A DNA stretch of 31,082 bases from a virus (IMGVR_UViG_3300017989_002480:1-31082), one strand, 5' to 3'. Shown: positions 1-8,224, counted from the stretch's first letter. Numbers and translations are program-made. Notes: generated from the sequence alone by a model not told the origin.

Positions 1-695
1 CCGACAAGGGCCGCGTCCAACAGCCCGTCCTTGATCTTCTGCTCCGCGATCCACTCAGTCACGGTTACGCTGTCACCCGTTTGCCCGGCAACGTGACCGA
101 TGGGAAAGATCGTATCTTCCCCGCCGATGATGTAGATCAGCGACTTGCCGGAATTTGGCTTCACCTTGAACTTCGCCGGGATAGTAACGATAGAATCGTC
201 ACCACCCGTATAATCCGGGTTGTGTCGAAACCCGTTGTTGTCTGCTTTTGTCTGCGCCGCTTTCTGTTTCTCCTGTCGGGTGTGTTGCTGTGTCGGTTGT
301 TCGTGGACGGTGGATCCTTCGGCGTCATCATCCTCCGGGGCGATCCCAACGATGGCAGCGAGCGAATACCTGCGAGCATACGTGATCGCGCTACCCGCCG
401 CTTGTGGTCCCGGCTTATCGGGAGTGAGCCTGAGTGTCCCGCGTATCCACTCACCCGATGTATGTACCAGGGTTGTGTGTACACGGACAGCACCGTTGTT
501 GGTATCACCCATCGTCTGGATTACGGCCAACCCGTTCTTCGTCAACGGCTCCCTGACCGCCGCCCAAACAGATGTCAGGTCACCGTATTTCGACTTGAAG
601 AACGGGTTGGATGAGTCTTCCTTGTAGCCCCTGATTTCCTTCTGCACCTTGCACAGGGCTTGTGCAAGCTCTCCTACGGTTTCACTTTGATTCAT
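1..695 (-). CDS. erf: ERF-family single-strand annealing recombinase (3' end truncated by window edge)
   Basis: Not in the ORF track. Manual translation from ATG at 695 (RBS GAGGAG) gives MNQSETVGELAQALCKVQ...NPFFKSKYGDL...HTSGEW...QAAGSAITYARRYSLAAIVGIAPEDDDAE, the ERF signature. Frame stays open to the edge. Confidence 0.92.
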   Translation of the reverse strand, partial: MNQSETVGELAQALCKVQKEIRGYKEDSSNPFFKSKYGDLTSVWAAVREPLTKNGLAVIQTMGDTNNGAVRVHTTLVHTSGEWIRGTLRLTPDKPGPQAAGSAITYARRYSLAAIVGIAPEDDDAEGSTVHEQPTQQHTRQEKQKAAQTKADNNGFRHNPDYTGGDDSIVTIPAKFKVKPNSGKSLIYIIGGEDTIFPIGHVAGQTGDSVTVTEWIAEQKIKDGLLDAALV

Positions 696-715
696 GACAC
701 ACTCCTCTCTGCCCC

Positions 716-1210
716 TTACGAGGCTTTTGGTTTGGATCTCATTATCATTTTGTATAGACGATGTGATTGTTTCTCCCCCGCCGCAGCCCTCGCCGCAGCC
801 CTCGCCGCAGCCCTCGCCGCATCCCACGCCGCAACCCTGATTGACTCATCACCCGTCTTCAGATAGCGAATAACGACCTCCGGGGCATCCCATTTGTCAA
901 TTACGTCCAGCGCGCAAAGCCGGGCAAATTTGCGCAACACGTTTGTCGCATCATACATCCAGATCACTCGACGCTTTCTGGCGCAAGACTTGCCGTCTTG
1001 GTGGATCATTTCACCGCCAAGTTCTACACGGCAGACGATAGGGCCAGGGGCGTAATCAAGAGCGTCGAGGATGTCCTTTGACGCGTGCATCCCGGCATCG
1101 CACATCATCAACTCTTTGGCTTTCGATTTCATCCAGACGCCGGGACGAACGATCCGGTTATCGCCGTACCTAAGTTTTTTATCGGCTTTCAAAAAATGCC
1201 AGGCTTTCAA
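716..1210 (-). CDS. Phage hypothetical protein with C..GMHAS motif and AAAR repeats
   Basis: TTG start with GGAGGAG RBS. The MCDAGMHASKDILDALDYAPGP...RVELGGE and AAWDAARAAAR pattern is typical of a widespread uncharacterised phage family. Confidence 0.8.
   Translation of the reverse strand: MKAWHFLKADKKLRYGDNRIVRPGVWMKSKAKELMMCDAGMHASKDILDALDYAPGPIVCRVELGGEMIHQDGKSCARKRRVIWMYDATNVLRKFARLCALDVIDKWDAPEVVIRYLKTGDESIRVAAWDAARAAARAAARAAAGEKQSHRLYKMIMRSKPKAS
779..838. repeat. 12-bp tandem repeat (3 exact + 2 degenerate copies of cgccgcagccct)
   Basis: Directly visible; encodes the Ala/Arg repeats of the 716..1210 protein. Confidence 0.9.
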
Positions 1211-1271
1211 GACACACTCCTCCCTCTCACCTCAAAGGTGTTTTTTGTGGCCCGCTGCCCCCGCTCGTTGC

Positions 1272-1433
1272 CTAGCTCCAGTCTGTTACGTCTCGCTCCA
1301 GCAAGCGTCGGGTCAGTTGCTCCAGACGATCCACCTTCCGGGTGATTGCTAAAACCTCCTGCTCGCACCACTTGATCCGTTTGAACGCACTGGTCAACTG
1401 ACCCCTGATACTGCGGACCCACTCTCTGCACAT
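1272..1433 (-). CDS. Small coiled-coil protein (53 aa)
   Basis: Manual translation MCREWVRSIRGQLTSAFKRIKWCEQEVLAITRKVDRLEQLTRRLLERDVTDWS with an AGGGG RBS. Below the ORF-track size cutoff. Confidence 0.55.
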   Translation of the reverse strand: MCREWVRSIRGQLTSAFKRIKWCEQEVLAITRKVDRLEQLTRRLLERDVTDWS

Positions 1434-1434
1434 G

Positions 1435-1769
1435 ACATGCCCCTATATCGTCTGTACTAGATAGAGGCATGCAAAACTGTTTTTGGGTCACCCCGCCGCA
1501 AAAATACAGGTGACGTGGATATGTAGGAGTCCACCGGCTAGGAAACAGGGGACGGACGGGCATTTGCTCAACCCTCCTGCCCGCCCGTGTTGGTGTATTC
1601 CCGGCTCGCGCCGGAAACAAACCTAGCGCGAAACGGGCACACCCCCACCGACCGCCGGTCCCATGAAGATCGCTGAAGAAGAACCTTCCGGCTCTGTCAG
1701 TGTCACTACATGGACGCTCGGTAGGGGCTTTCTGCCATATTGAATTTGATTTGCTCTCTTCATGGGACC
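1435..1769 (-). ncRNA. Candidate structured leader RNA / ncRNA
   Basis: Perfect 13-bp inverted repeat (1657-1669 / 1757-1769) plus stems at 1673-1700, 1592-1643, 1552-1588 and 1435-1472. The single-position stem mismatches become G-U pairs on the minus strand. Confidence 0.55.
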
Positions 1770-1775
1770 AATTAC

Positions 1776-1803
1776 AGGATACACAATTAAGAAATTCTGT
1801 CAA
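1776..1803 (-). promoter_or_regulatory. Sigma-70-type promoter, leftward
   Basis: TTGACA-16 nt-TATCCT on the minus strand in an AT-rich stretch; predicted start near 1769. Confidence 0.65.
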
Positions 1804-1835
1804 GTGATCCAGGTCACCTTTTTTAAAAAAATTTC

Positions 1836-1846
1836 TGTGATACAAT
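1836..1846 (+). promoter_or_regulatory. Extended -10 promoter, rightward
   Basis: TGTGATACAAT (TRTGn + TACAAT) preceded by T/A tracts and followed by AGGAGG and the ATG at 1864. Confidence 0.5.
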
Positions 1847-1863
1847 AGAGGCAGGAGGATCCC

Positions 1864-2181
1864 ATGATTAGACTGGTTGTTTTGTTTTTGTCCGTCATGG
1901 CCATCGGCTGCGGGGGCAGCGAAGACGCGGGGCCTACGCTTTGCGAACAAGCACAGGCCGCCTTTGAGCAGGGAATGACGGACGCCTGCGAGGGATACAC
2001 TGACTGTTGCCTCTGTGATTGCTGGGCCGATCATCTCATCCCCGATCCGAACGAATTGGAGGATGGCAACTGCTACTGTGTGACGCCTACGATGTCCTGC
2101 CCCTGCACCTCTCAAGTAGAAAACTGCATTGAGAAGTCCTACAATTGGGGATATGACAACGTGGTGAACGACTGCACCTAG
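1864..2181 (+). CDS. Cys-rich acidic lipoprotein
   Basis: AGGAGG RBS, signal peptide ending MAIG-C (lipobox-like), and 12 further Cys. Confidence 0.8.
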   Translation: MIRLVVLFLSVMAIGCGGSEDAGPTLCEQAQAAFEQGMTDACEGYTDCCLCDCWADHLIPDPNELEDGNCYCVTPTMSCPCTSQVENCIEKSYNWGYDNVVNDCT

Positions 2182-2187
2182 TCCCCC

Positions 2188-2451
2188 ATGAAGATGATTG
2201 TGATCATATCTGGGGCTCTCCTTTTGGTTTTTGGTTCTGGAATCATTTATTACCGATGCGAGCATGCCGCCGACGTTGAGAAATGGAAACGCACGATCGA
2301 TGAATCTAAAAAACGCACCGAGAAAATCATAAAGGAAACCGACGAGTGGCTCGAAAAACGAAGACGAGAGAGAGAAAGACTCGACGCAGAAACCGATGCG
2401 TTTCTCAAAAGCCATCCCATGAAATCCCTTGAAGACTACGAAAGCGACTAA
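2188..2451 (+). CDS. Membrane-anchored coiled-coil protein
   Basis: N-terminal hydrophobic helix followed by a highly charged helix. Its stop overlaps the stop of the convergent 2448 gene. Confidence 0.7.
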   Translation: MKMIVIISGALLLVFGSGIIYYRCEHAADVEKWKRTIDESKKRTEKIIKETDEWLEKRRRERERLDAETDAFLKSHPMKSLEDYESD

Positions 2452-2840
2452 TACCTCGCTCCAATAGATGCCCCGGCCCCTATCGCGGCACCGCCAGCCA
2501 GCCCGACGATCAGCCAGAGCCACCACGATCGCCAGGGTGAGGCAAGCTTTTCCTCGCACATCTGCAATTGCTCGTCTGCTGCAGCCAGGTCAACCGCTGC
2601 ATGTCCGGTCAGTGTGTCGAGCCTTACCCTTAAGTGCTCGTTCTCGCGGCCGAACTCAACGCAACCAAGAAGACCATCGGCGAAATCCGCTGTCTCACAC
2701 GTGGTCTTGCCGGTTTCTTCGTCGGGCTCACATCTCTGCAGCGGTACCCACGGTTTCGGTGACGCTTCCTTTACAACAACCGGCCTGGTAGATGAACACG
2801 CCGCGAACCATGCAGCGAACAAAAAAACAAGGGCCCTCAT
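2448..2840 (-). CDS. Spanin-like lipoprotein with C-terminal transmembrane helix
   Basis: Lipobox FAA-C at Cys15, C-terminal WWLWLIVGLAGGAAIGAG, last gene of the lysis module. Confidence 0.7.
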   Translation of the reverse strand: MRALVFLFAAWFAACSSTRPVVVKEASPKPWVPLQRCEPDEETGKTTCETADFADGLLGCVEFGRENEHLRVRLDTLTGHAAVDLAAADEQLQMCEEKLASPWRSWWLWLIVGLAGGAAIGAGASIGARY

Positions 2841-3088
2841 TCCTGCCTCCCGAACTTCTCCCGGATCGCGTCCTCGATCGAATCGTACCGCTCGTCTATT
2901 TCGTCGTGCTTCGCAGCGGCCGCCTCGTCTATCTCCTCATGGGCCGGGCCAGTATTCGGCGCATCTGTTCTCACCGGTTCACGGCGCCGGCCAAGCAGCA
3001 ACCCGATCGCCGCACCGATCGCCATCAGGATCCAGCCGATGAGAGGCACGCGCTTCAACTGCCTCCAGATCCATTGCAACGCCTTCAT
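2837..3088 (-). CDS. i-spanin-like inner-membrane protein (83 aa)
   Basis: Start reassigned to ATG at 3088 (GGGAGG RBS). N-terminal TMD then a helical acidic region, with ATGA overlaps on both sides. Confidence 0.6.
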   Translation of the reverse strand: MKALQWIWRQLKRVPLIGWILMAIGAAIGLLLGRRREPVRTDAPNTGPAHEEIDEAAAAKHDEIDERYDSIEDAIREKFGRQE

Positions 3089-3306
3089 TCTTTCCTCCCG
3101 CAGTTCTGGCAAGCGGCCCCCACCTGTCGAGGCCTTCCGCATCCCGGGCACGTCTCGACGGCCGCCACCCCCTCGTCCGGGTACGGGACGATCCGCTTAC
3201 AAATCCCGCATCGCGTCCCGGCCTTCTGGATCGTCTTGCAGGTAGGGCATGACGTCATGTGTACCGGCGGCGGTTTCAGTCGATTTCCGGACATCCAGCC
3301 ACCCAT
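3085..3306 (-). CDS. Double zinc-ribbon small protein (start uncertain)
   Basis: Four CxxC motifs: CPTC, CGIC, CPGC, CQNC. Confidence 0.65.
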   Translation of the reverse strand: MGGWMSGNRLKPPPVHMTSCPTCKTIQKAGTRCGICKRIVPYPDEGVAAVETCPGCGRPRQVGAACQNCGRKE

Positions 3307-3365
3307 TGGATCAACCCGATCGCGACAACCAGACCGAGCCCGGCGATGAAGACAAGATTTTTCAA
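3276..3365 (-). CDS. Putative 29-aa membrane micropeptide
   Basis: TTG 3 nt after the holin stop; MKNLVFIAGLGLVVAIGLIQWVAGCPEID. No clear RBS. Confidence 0.35.
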   Translation of the reverse strand: MKNLVFIAGLGLVVAIGLIQWVAGCPEID

Positions 3366-3368
3366 CGT

Positions 3369-3551
3369 CTACTTGTCAACGCCCTTGAGTTTCTGGACCG
3401 TTTTGGCGGCCGAGAACAGAGCAACGAATCCTCCACAAGCTCCCGCCCACGGCAAGAAATCAACCAAGCCCTTGAACAGCGCGACAATCGAGACGACTAT
3501 CAACACCAGAGCGACCAGGAACTCCCTTGAAAAATATTTTGACCAGTCCAT
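3369..3551 (-). CDS. Putative holin (two TMDs, 60 aa)
   Basis: Start at ATG 3551 (GAGG RBS), two hydrophobic helices, basic C-terminal tail, directly after the endolysin. Confidence 0.7.
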   Translation of the reverse strand: MDWSKYFSREFLVALVLIVVSIVALFKGLVDFLPWAGACGGFVALFSAAKTVQKLKGVDK

Positions 3552-3558
3552 CGTTTCC

Positions 3559-4233
3559 TCACTTTCCCCACATCTCAAGTGGTAGGTCCTCTCTTTTTCT
3601 CACGTAGTCGCAGATCCCCTCGGCAACGGCCATGCCATAGGCCCGCTGGTTTATCGGGTCCGCGATCCAATCCGAAAACTCGGGGTCAACTCCGAATCCG
3701 GCCTCTACCAGAACGGCAGGCGGCGGGACCTTGCGCGGCCATAGTTTCGGGCCATACCTGCTATCAGGCATCTTGATTGTTTCTCGTCGCTCCGAGAACG
3801 AAATGATTTGCCCGAGCCTGCCGAGAACATGATCCGCCAACTCGATCGAGGCCCCGGACCATCTGTTGACTAGTGCGGTGTGGCCGAACCTCCACTTTGT
3901 CGGAGGGGGCGCCCCGCACTTCACACAGGGCACTCCGGCCCAGGTGACGGCGCCGCACTGGCATTGACGCTGGGGCGGGCGGTTGAAGTGCAACTCGATT
4001 GCTACGTGCTTCTCGTACCGCTCCCTGGCCCGCTTGACCTCGCGCTCCATCCTGCGAACGCTGACCGATAGGTTGCCAGAGAATTCCTTGACGTTGAATC
4101 CTTCGGCCCGGCACCTAGCATCGAGTGGAGCGAATGCCTCACGGGCGACGGTGCGCTCGCAAACACCGGTCAAGTTGCTTGCCCCGGGCGAACCCCGGGG
4201 ATCCGAGTGCGCGTATGAGTACAAGACGATCAA
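3559..4233 (-). CDS. Endolysin, N-acetylmuramoyl-L-alanine amidase (Amidase_3-like)
   Basis: Start reassigned to TTG 4233 (GGAGG RBS, TTGA overlap). Motifs YAH, GVCE, IELHFN and PAVLVEAGF match the Zn ligands and catalytic Glu of Amidase_3. Confidence 0.88.
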   Translation of the reverse strand: MIVLYSYAHSDPRGSPGASNLTGVCERTVAREAFAPLDARCRAEGFNVKEFSGNLSVSVRRMEREVKRARERYEKHVAIELHFNRPPQRQCQCGAVTWAGVPCVKCGAPPPTKWRFGHTALVNRWSGASIELADHVLGRLGQIISFSERRETIKMPDSRYGPKLWPRKVPPPAVLVEAGFGVDPEFSDWIADPINQRAYGMAVAEGICDYVRKREDLPLEMWGK

Positions 4234-5855
4234 GGGAAATCGTCCTCCTGCAAGACAACCTCGCCGATCTCGACCCAGTCGACCCCGACGTATTCGTCGG
4301 CGTTGTCTGTCTTTGCGCTGATCCATATCTGCAACGGCACACCTGTGCCGTGGGACTCCCAGTCAGCCGAGTTGATATCAAGCTCGCAGCTTATGACCTC
4401 CCCTTCGTCGGAGTCGACGTCGTGAGTGAATTGATACGCCCCGTCCGTGTTGTCCTCATAGGCCGGGTGTACGTCGTCCCACGTCGCGAAGGTTTCGGAA
4501 TCAGATATCTGGATCGTAATGTGCTTGACCCGGGCCGTCCCGCCGTTGTCGATTGTGTGAAACCCCATCCTGATCCTGATTCGCTGCGAGCTGGTCGACG
4601 GGAACACCATGCAACGGGCACACGTTGATGTGGCAGCGGGCCCGGCGGCTGAACCAGGCCCGAAGTCGGTTTTGTCAAATGTGGTGGCGTCGCAGTACAG
4701 GTAAGGACCAGATCTCCAGTCGCTACCGATTATACAGGCCCCGCCCTCCTCCCATAGATGGGCCATGGTCGTCCGGATATCATCGACCGTGGACGACTCG
4801 ATGATTGATGGAGGAGTAAGATCGGCAATGTCCGGTACGGTATGGGATACATCGCCCGGGTCTTCAAGCGCGATCCAGCCAGGTAGATATTGGTACGTCG
4901 CGCTGGTCCCTTCCTTGCCGTCAAATTTGAGCTCGGCCTCGAGCTCATCGGTGATGTCGGAACCCGTCAGCGTAAAGGTCGACAGGTACCAGGTGGGCGA
5001 TGTGGCCGAAACAGTGAACTCATCGGTGTCGCCGTTGAAGGTCACCTTGCATGTCCAGTCCGGATCGCCGGTGGATTTGCAGGCCAGGGTATATATCTTG
5101 ACTGTCTCCATGCCGGCGCGCTTGAAGACTTTGTACGTGCCGAGATCGTCTGAGCCTGATCCATATACAGATCCCTGTTTGTAAAACGGGTAGAAGAAAT
5201 GATTGAACACGTTGGCACGGCACGTCTTCTGATTTCTCACGGCAACGACGTTGTCCCGCGCGATTTTTCTGGCAAGTGCGCTGTCCGGGTAATCGTCGTC
5301 GCCTAGTTTGCAGTTGGCGAAATTGGTATCGAGTAACGAGACCGTGCTGTCGCCAGGCTGGCCCATGGAGATCGTGTAGACGTAGAGCACGTTTCCGGCG
5401 TCCGCGTTGTGACTCACGATCAACCACTCATCGCCGACGGCCTCGTCTCTCAGTGTGATCTCGACCGTCTCCCATGTTTTCGTCGTCGACAATACGGCAA
5501 CCTGGACCGCCTCCCTGTCTCCGATCTGGAATAATAGGCGTGTCGTGTGGCCAACGGTTTCAACACTGGTTTTGGCGTGGACAAATATTTTCAGTCGTCG
5601 ATACCCCTGCCTCACCAACCGCTGACCTATGGGGACCCGGAACCATTCGGACCACCCTAGATCGTCCTCGCTATTCCATGTAATAGACGCCGGTACATTG
5701 GCCGGGAAGCATAGGTTATTCCTTCGTGTCTCGGCGTAGTTCGCGATCGCCGCGTTGACCAGTCCGCCGTCCGGGGCGTAGCGCGGCCACTTCCCGATCT
5801 TGAACGGTTCGAGTTGCGGCTCCTGATACTTTGTCCAGCGCCTCACGCCCATCAC
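4230..5855 (-). CDS. Tail-tip / receptor-binding candidate with repeated beta modules
   Basis: Last gene of the tail module; beta-rich, Thr/Asp-rich, three apparent helix+beta units. Confidence 0.65.
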   Translation of the reverse strand: MMGVRRWTKYQEPQLEPFKIGKWPRYAPDGGLVNAAIANYAETRRNNLCFPANVPASITWNSEDDLGWSEWFRVPIGQRLVRQGYRRLKIFVHAKTSVETVGHTTRLLFQIGDREAVQVAVLSTTKTWETVEITLRDEAVGDEWLIVSHNADAGNVLYVYTISMGQPGDSTVSLLDTNFANCKLGDDDYPDSALARKIARDNVVAVRNQKTCRANVFNHFFYPFYKQGSVYGSGSDDLGTYKVFKRAGMETVKIYTLACKSTGDPDWTCKVTFNGDTDEFTVSATSPTWYLSTFTLTGSDITDELEAELKFDGKEGTSATYQYLPGWIALEDPGDVSHTVPDIADLTPPSIIESSTVDDIRTTMAHLWEEGGACIIGSDWRSGPYLYCDATTFDKTDFGPGSAAGPAATSTCARCMVFPSTSSQRIRIRMGFHTIDNGGTARVKHITIQISDSETFATWDDVHPAYEDNTDGAYQFTHDVDSDEGEVISCELDINSADWESHGTGVPLQIWISAKTDNADEYVGVDWVEIGEVVLQEDDFP

Positions 5856-8224
5856 AGCCTCCGGCAGCCATCATCGCCGTCTGTGCCGATCTCGCCATCG
5901 GTACCGGCAAGAAAAGCCCATGCGTCCTGCTGGGCGGCCACGGCGTCGTCGTAGGGCGCCGTCTCGACGAAGTCGCCGTCACTCGGTGGATTTGTGGGCG
6001 CCGCCACGAGGTCAACATAGCAATCGTCCGCGCCTGGCCCGGAGCCCCTGCCTTTGATTTCCTCGATCTCCACGGAGGCTCCAGCAATCGGCCCGTAGTA
6101 ATTGCCCGAGGCCCCGGAGAGCAACGCGATCTTGTCTCCGGCGCTGAATGCGTCGACGTCGTAAGTGTAACCTAGAAGATCCGCGAATTCGTCAGGGTAG
6201 AGAGTGATCCGAGGGTATCCCTTGGCGCCCTCTGCCTCATACGCCTTGACCTTCGCGCTCGGGGCAATGGGCTTGTAGTTCGCGTCGTGGATCCCGATTT
6301 GCCAAAGCAATGGCTCGCACAACCCCTGCTCGATGTTGATCCCCTCCTCCATGACCTGGAAGTATTGCGACGATATCCCCCGGTCGCTGTTCTTTAGGTC
6401 CGGCGTCATCGTGCAGGTTATCTGCACGACTTTCCCGGCCTTCAGGTACGGGAGATAAGGAAGGAGTGCCTTGATCCGCACCCGGGGGCAGGGCACGATC
6501 GCGTAACGGTCCCAGAGTACGGCGAACATCTGTTGCAGGTACTGAGGCATTCCGCCCATGTCCTCGCTGGCCCATGACGTGTTCTTGATCGTGTTGTCGT
6601 AAAGCGTCTTGACGTCGGCCTCGAACCGCTCGGCCAGGTCTTCAAATCTCCGCTTTCCGTCTCCCAGCACGCAAATGATGTGCCCGTAAAATTTATCTTC
6701 CGGCGGGTAATAGTTGATGTTGATCTTGAAATCCGCCATCGGGGGCCTGCCCGGATCGAACCTGGGGGGCTCATGCAATATGGACTCGTCGATCGTGTAC
6801 GAGTCGCCGTCTGCCGCTTCTTCCCTCGACAGCAAGCGTTGCAGCCCGATCGTTCCGTCGTCGTTCTCGACCGGGAACAAAAGGCAGGGACGCAGGATGT
6901 TGTCTGCCAACCATTCGTCCAGGTCCTCGCTCTCGTTGATCACGAATTTCAGATCGACGTCCTGGATGTAGCCCCGCATGGCCTCAATGCCCGAGATATC
7001 GATCAGGCTCTCATCGATGCCGGCGCCCCATCCCTCGGGCAAGGTGTCATAGTCTCCGTTCGTGCCGTCGCCGGTCGAGCACAGGAATTCCAGGAACACA
7101 CCGATCGGATCTTGATTCGTGAAGGCCTCGTGTGAAATGACCTGTTGGACCTCTGCCCCTGAATTATGAAAAGCCCTCGCGACCGCGTATTCATCAGGAG
7201 CAAGCCCCCATGTGTCAAGTGCAAGCATGCGCCGACCCGCATTGTCATTACCGAAAGGGATCAGGGGGTTGGAATCCGCCGGGTCATCGGTGCCGAAATC
7301 GACAAAAACGAGGGTGTCGAGAGAATCGACCCAGATCGAGCAGGTGCTTTTTTCGAGATAGCGGATAAGTTCGTTGTCAATCTGTATCCATCCCGAATCC
7401 TCGAAGCCGGCCGCGTCCTCTACCGCCGCACACCAGTAGGTTATGAAGTCTTCGGTCTGGGGTCCGTTTGTGTACCCGGTCAACGCAACTTTTAGTTTCG
7501 TCTTCGCCAGCGTGTCCCCGATCTTGCACTTCAGCCGTTTTAGCTGACCCGCGATCTGCAACTGCCACACGCCCGGCCTGATTTCCGCCGTGCCCTCGTC
7601 GATGAAACCACGGATCAGCACGATCGCGTCTGCCTCGTCGTCGTCTTCGTGGTTGAGGTAGAGCACGGCCTCCCTGGTGTACATCTGCGGGGGTCTGGAG
7701 TAGACGCCTAGTGTCCGGGTGTTGCCTTGTGCATCTGTCAACGGGTGGTCTGCATCCGTGGATCCGTACATGCCCCGGGTCACGGCAAGGTGGGTGCCGT
7801 CCGTGACCTCGGTTACTCGGAGAGTTTCGCGATCAATGTATATGTCCATGTCGGCGCTGAACCCAGAGGTATCGGCCACGACGATCGATCCGTCGCCCGC
7901 AGTGATTGCGGTCGTAACCGTCGTGTACCCGTCCGACATGTCGGCGCTCGAGAACAACTTCGTGATCTCCGAGTCCTTATCGATGATCGCGATCGATGCG
8001 CTCGAGGGCTCCGTCTTTCCGTCCAAGGGCTTGACCACCTGGCCCGAGACCTGGGGTTTTGTCTGCGAAAACCAAGGCCTGATCGGCCGGTTCGTTCCCG
8101 AATCCTCGGGGCTCCAGGATGGAGTAAACGATCCGTACCGCTCCCGGATCCCTATAATGTCGAGCCAGAGATAGCCCCGGAAATTGCTCGACCCAACCTT
8201 GGCGAGAAAGTCAGAGCTTGCCAT
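5852..8224 (-). CDS. Large tail-tip (hub / central) protein
   Basis: 790 aa, two genes after the tape measure; acidic, beta-rich virion composition. Confidence 0.7.
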   Translation of the reverse strand: MASSDFLAKVGSSNFRGYLWLDIIGIRERYGSFTPSWSPEDSGTNRPIRPWFSQTKPQVSGQVVKPLDGKTEPSSASIAIIDKDSEITKLFSSADMSDGYTTVTTAITAGDGSIVVADTSGFSADMDIYIDRETLRVTEVTDGTHLAVTRGMYGSTDADHPLTDAQGNTRTLGVYSRPPQMYTREAVLYLNHEDDDEADAIVLIRGFIDEGTAEIRPGVWQLQIAGQLKRLKCKIGDTLAKTKLKVALTGYTNGPQTEDFITYWCAAVEDAAGFEDSGWIQIDNELIRYLEKSTCSIWVDSLDTLVFVDFGTDDPADSNPLIPFGNDNAGRRMLALDTWGLAPDEYAVARAFHNSGAEVQQVISHEAFTNQDPIGVFLEFLCSTGDGTNGDYDTLPEGWGAGIDESLIDISGIEAMRGYIQDVDLKFVINESEDLDEWLADNILRPCLLFPVENDDGTIGLQRLLSREEAADGDSYTIDESILHEPPRFDPGRPPMADFKININYYPPEDKFYGHIICVLGDGKRRFEDLAERFEADVKTLYDNTIKNTSWASEDMGGMPQYLQQMFAVLWDRYAIVPCPRVRIKALLPYLPYLKAGKVVQITCTMTPDLKNSDRGISSQYFQVMEEGINIEQGLCEPLLWQIGIHDANYKPIAPSAKVKAYEAEGAKGYPRITLYPDEFADLLGYTYDVDAFSAGDKIALLSGASGNYYGPIAGASVEIEEIKGRGSGPGADDCYVDLVAAPTNPPSDGDFVETAPYDDAVAAQQDAWAFLAGTDGEIGTDGDDGCRRL

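Noticed and set aside
81-627. Plus-strand ORFs 81..614 and 220..627
   Set aside because: Antisense shadows of the ERF gene.
1673-1700. CCGGAAGG hairpin resembling SRP RNA domain IV
   Set aside because: The conserved CAGG/AGCA internal loop of SRP is absent.
1207-2559. 450-aa minus-strand ORF in the track
   Set aside because: It is antisense to two well-formed plus-strand genes, crosses both promoters and has non-protein-like composition. Only its last 118 codons have an RBS (treated under findings).
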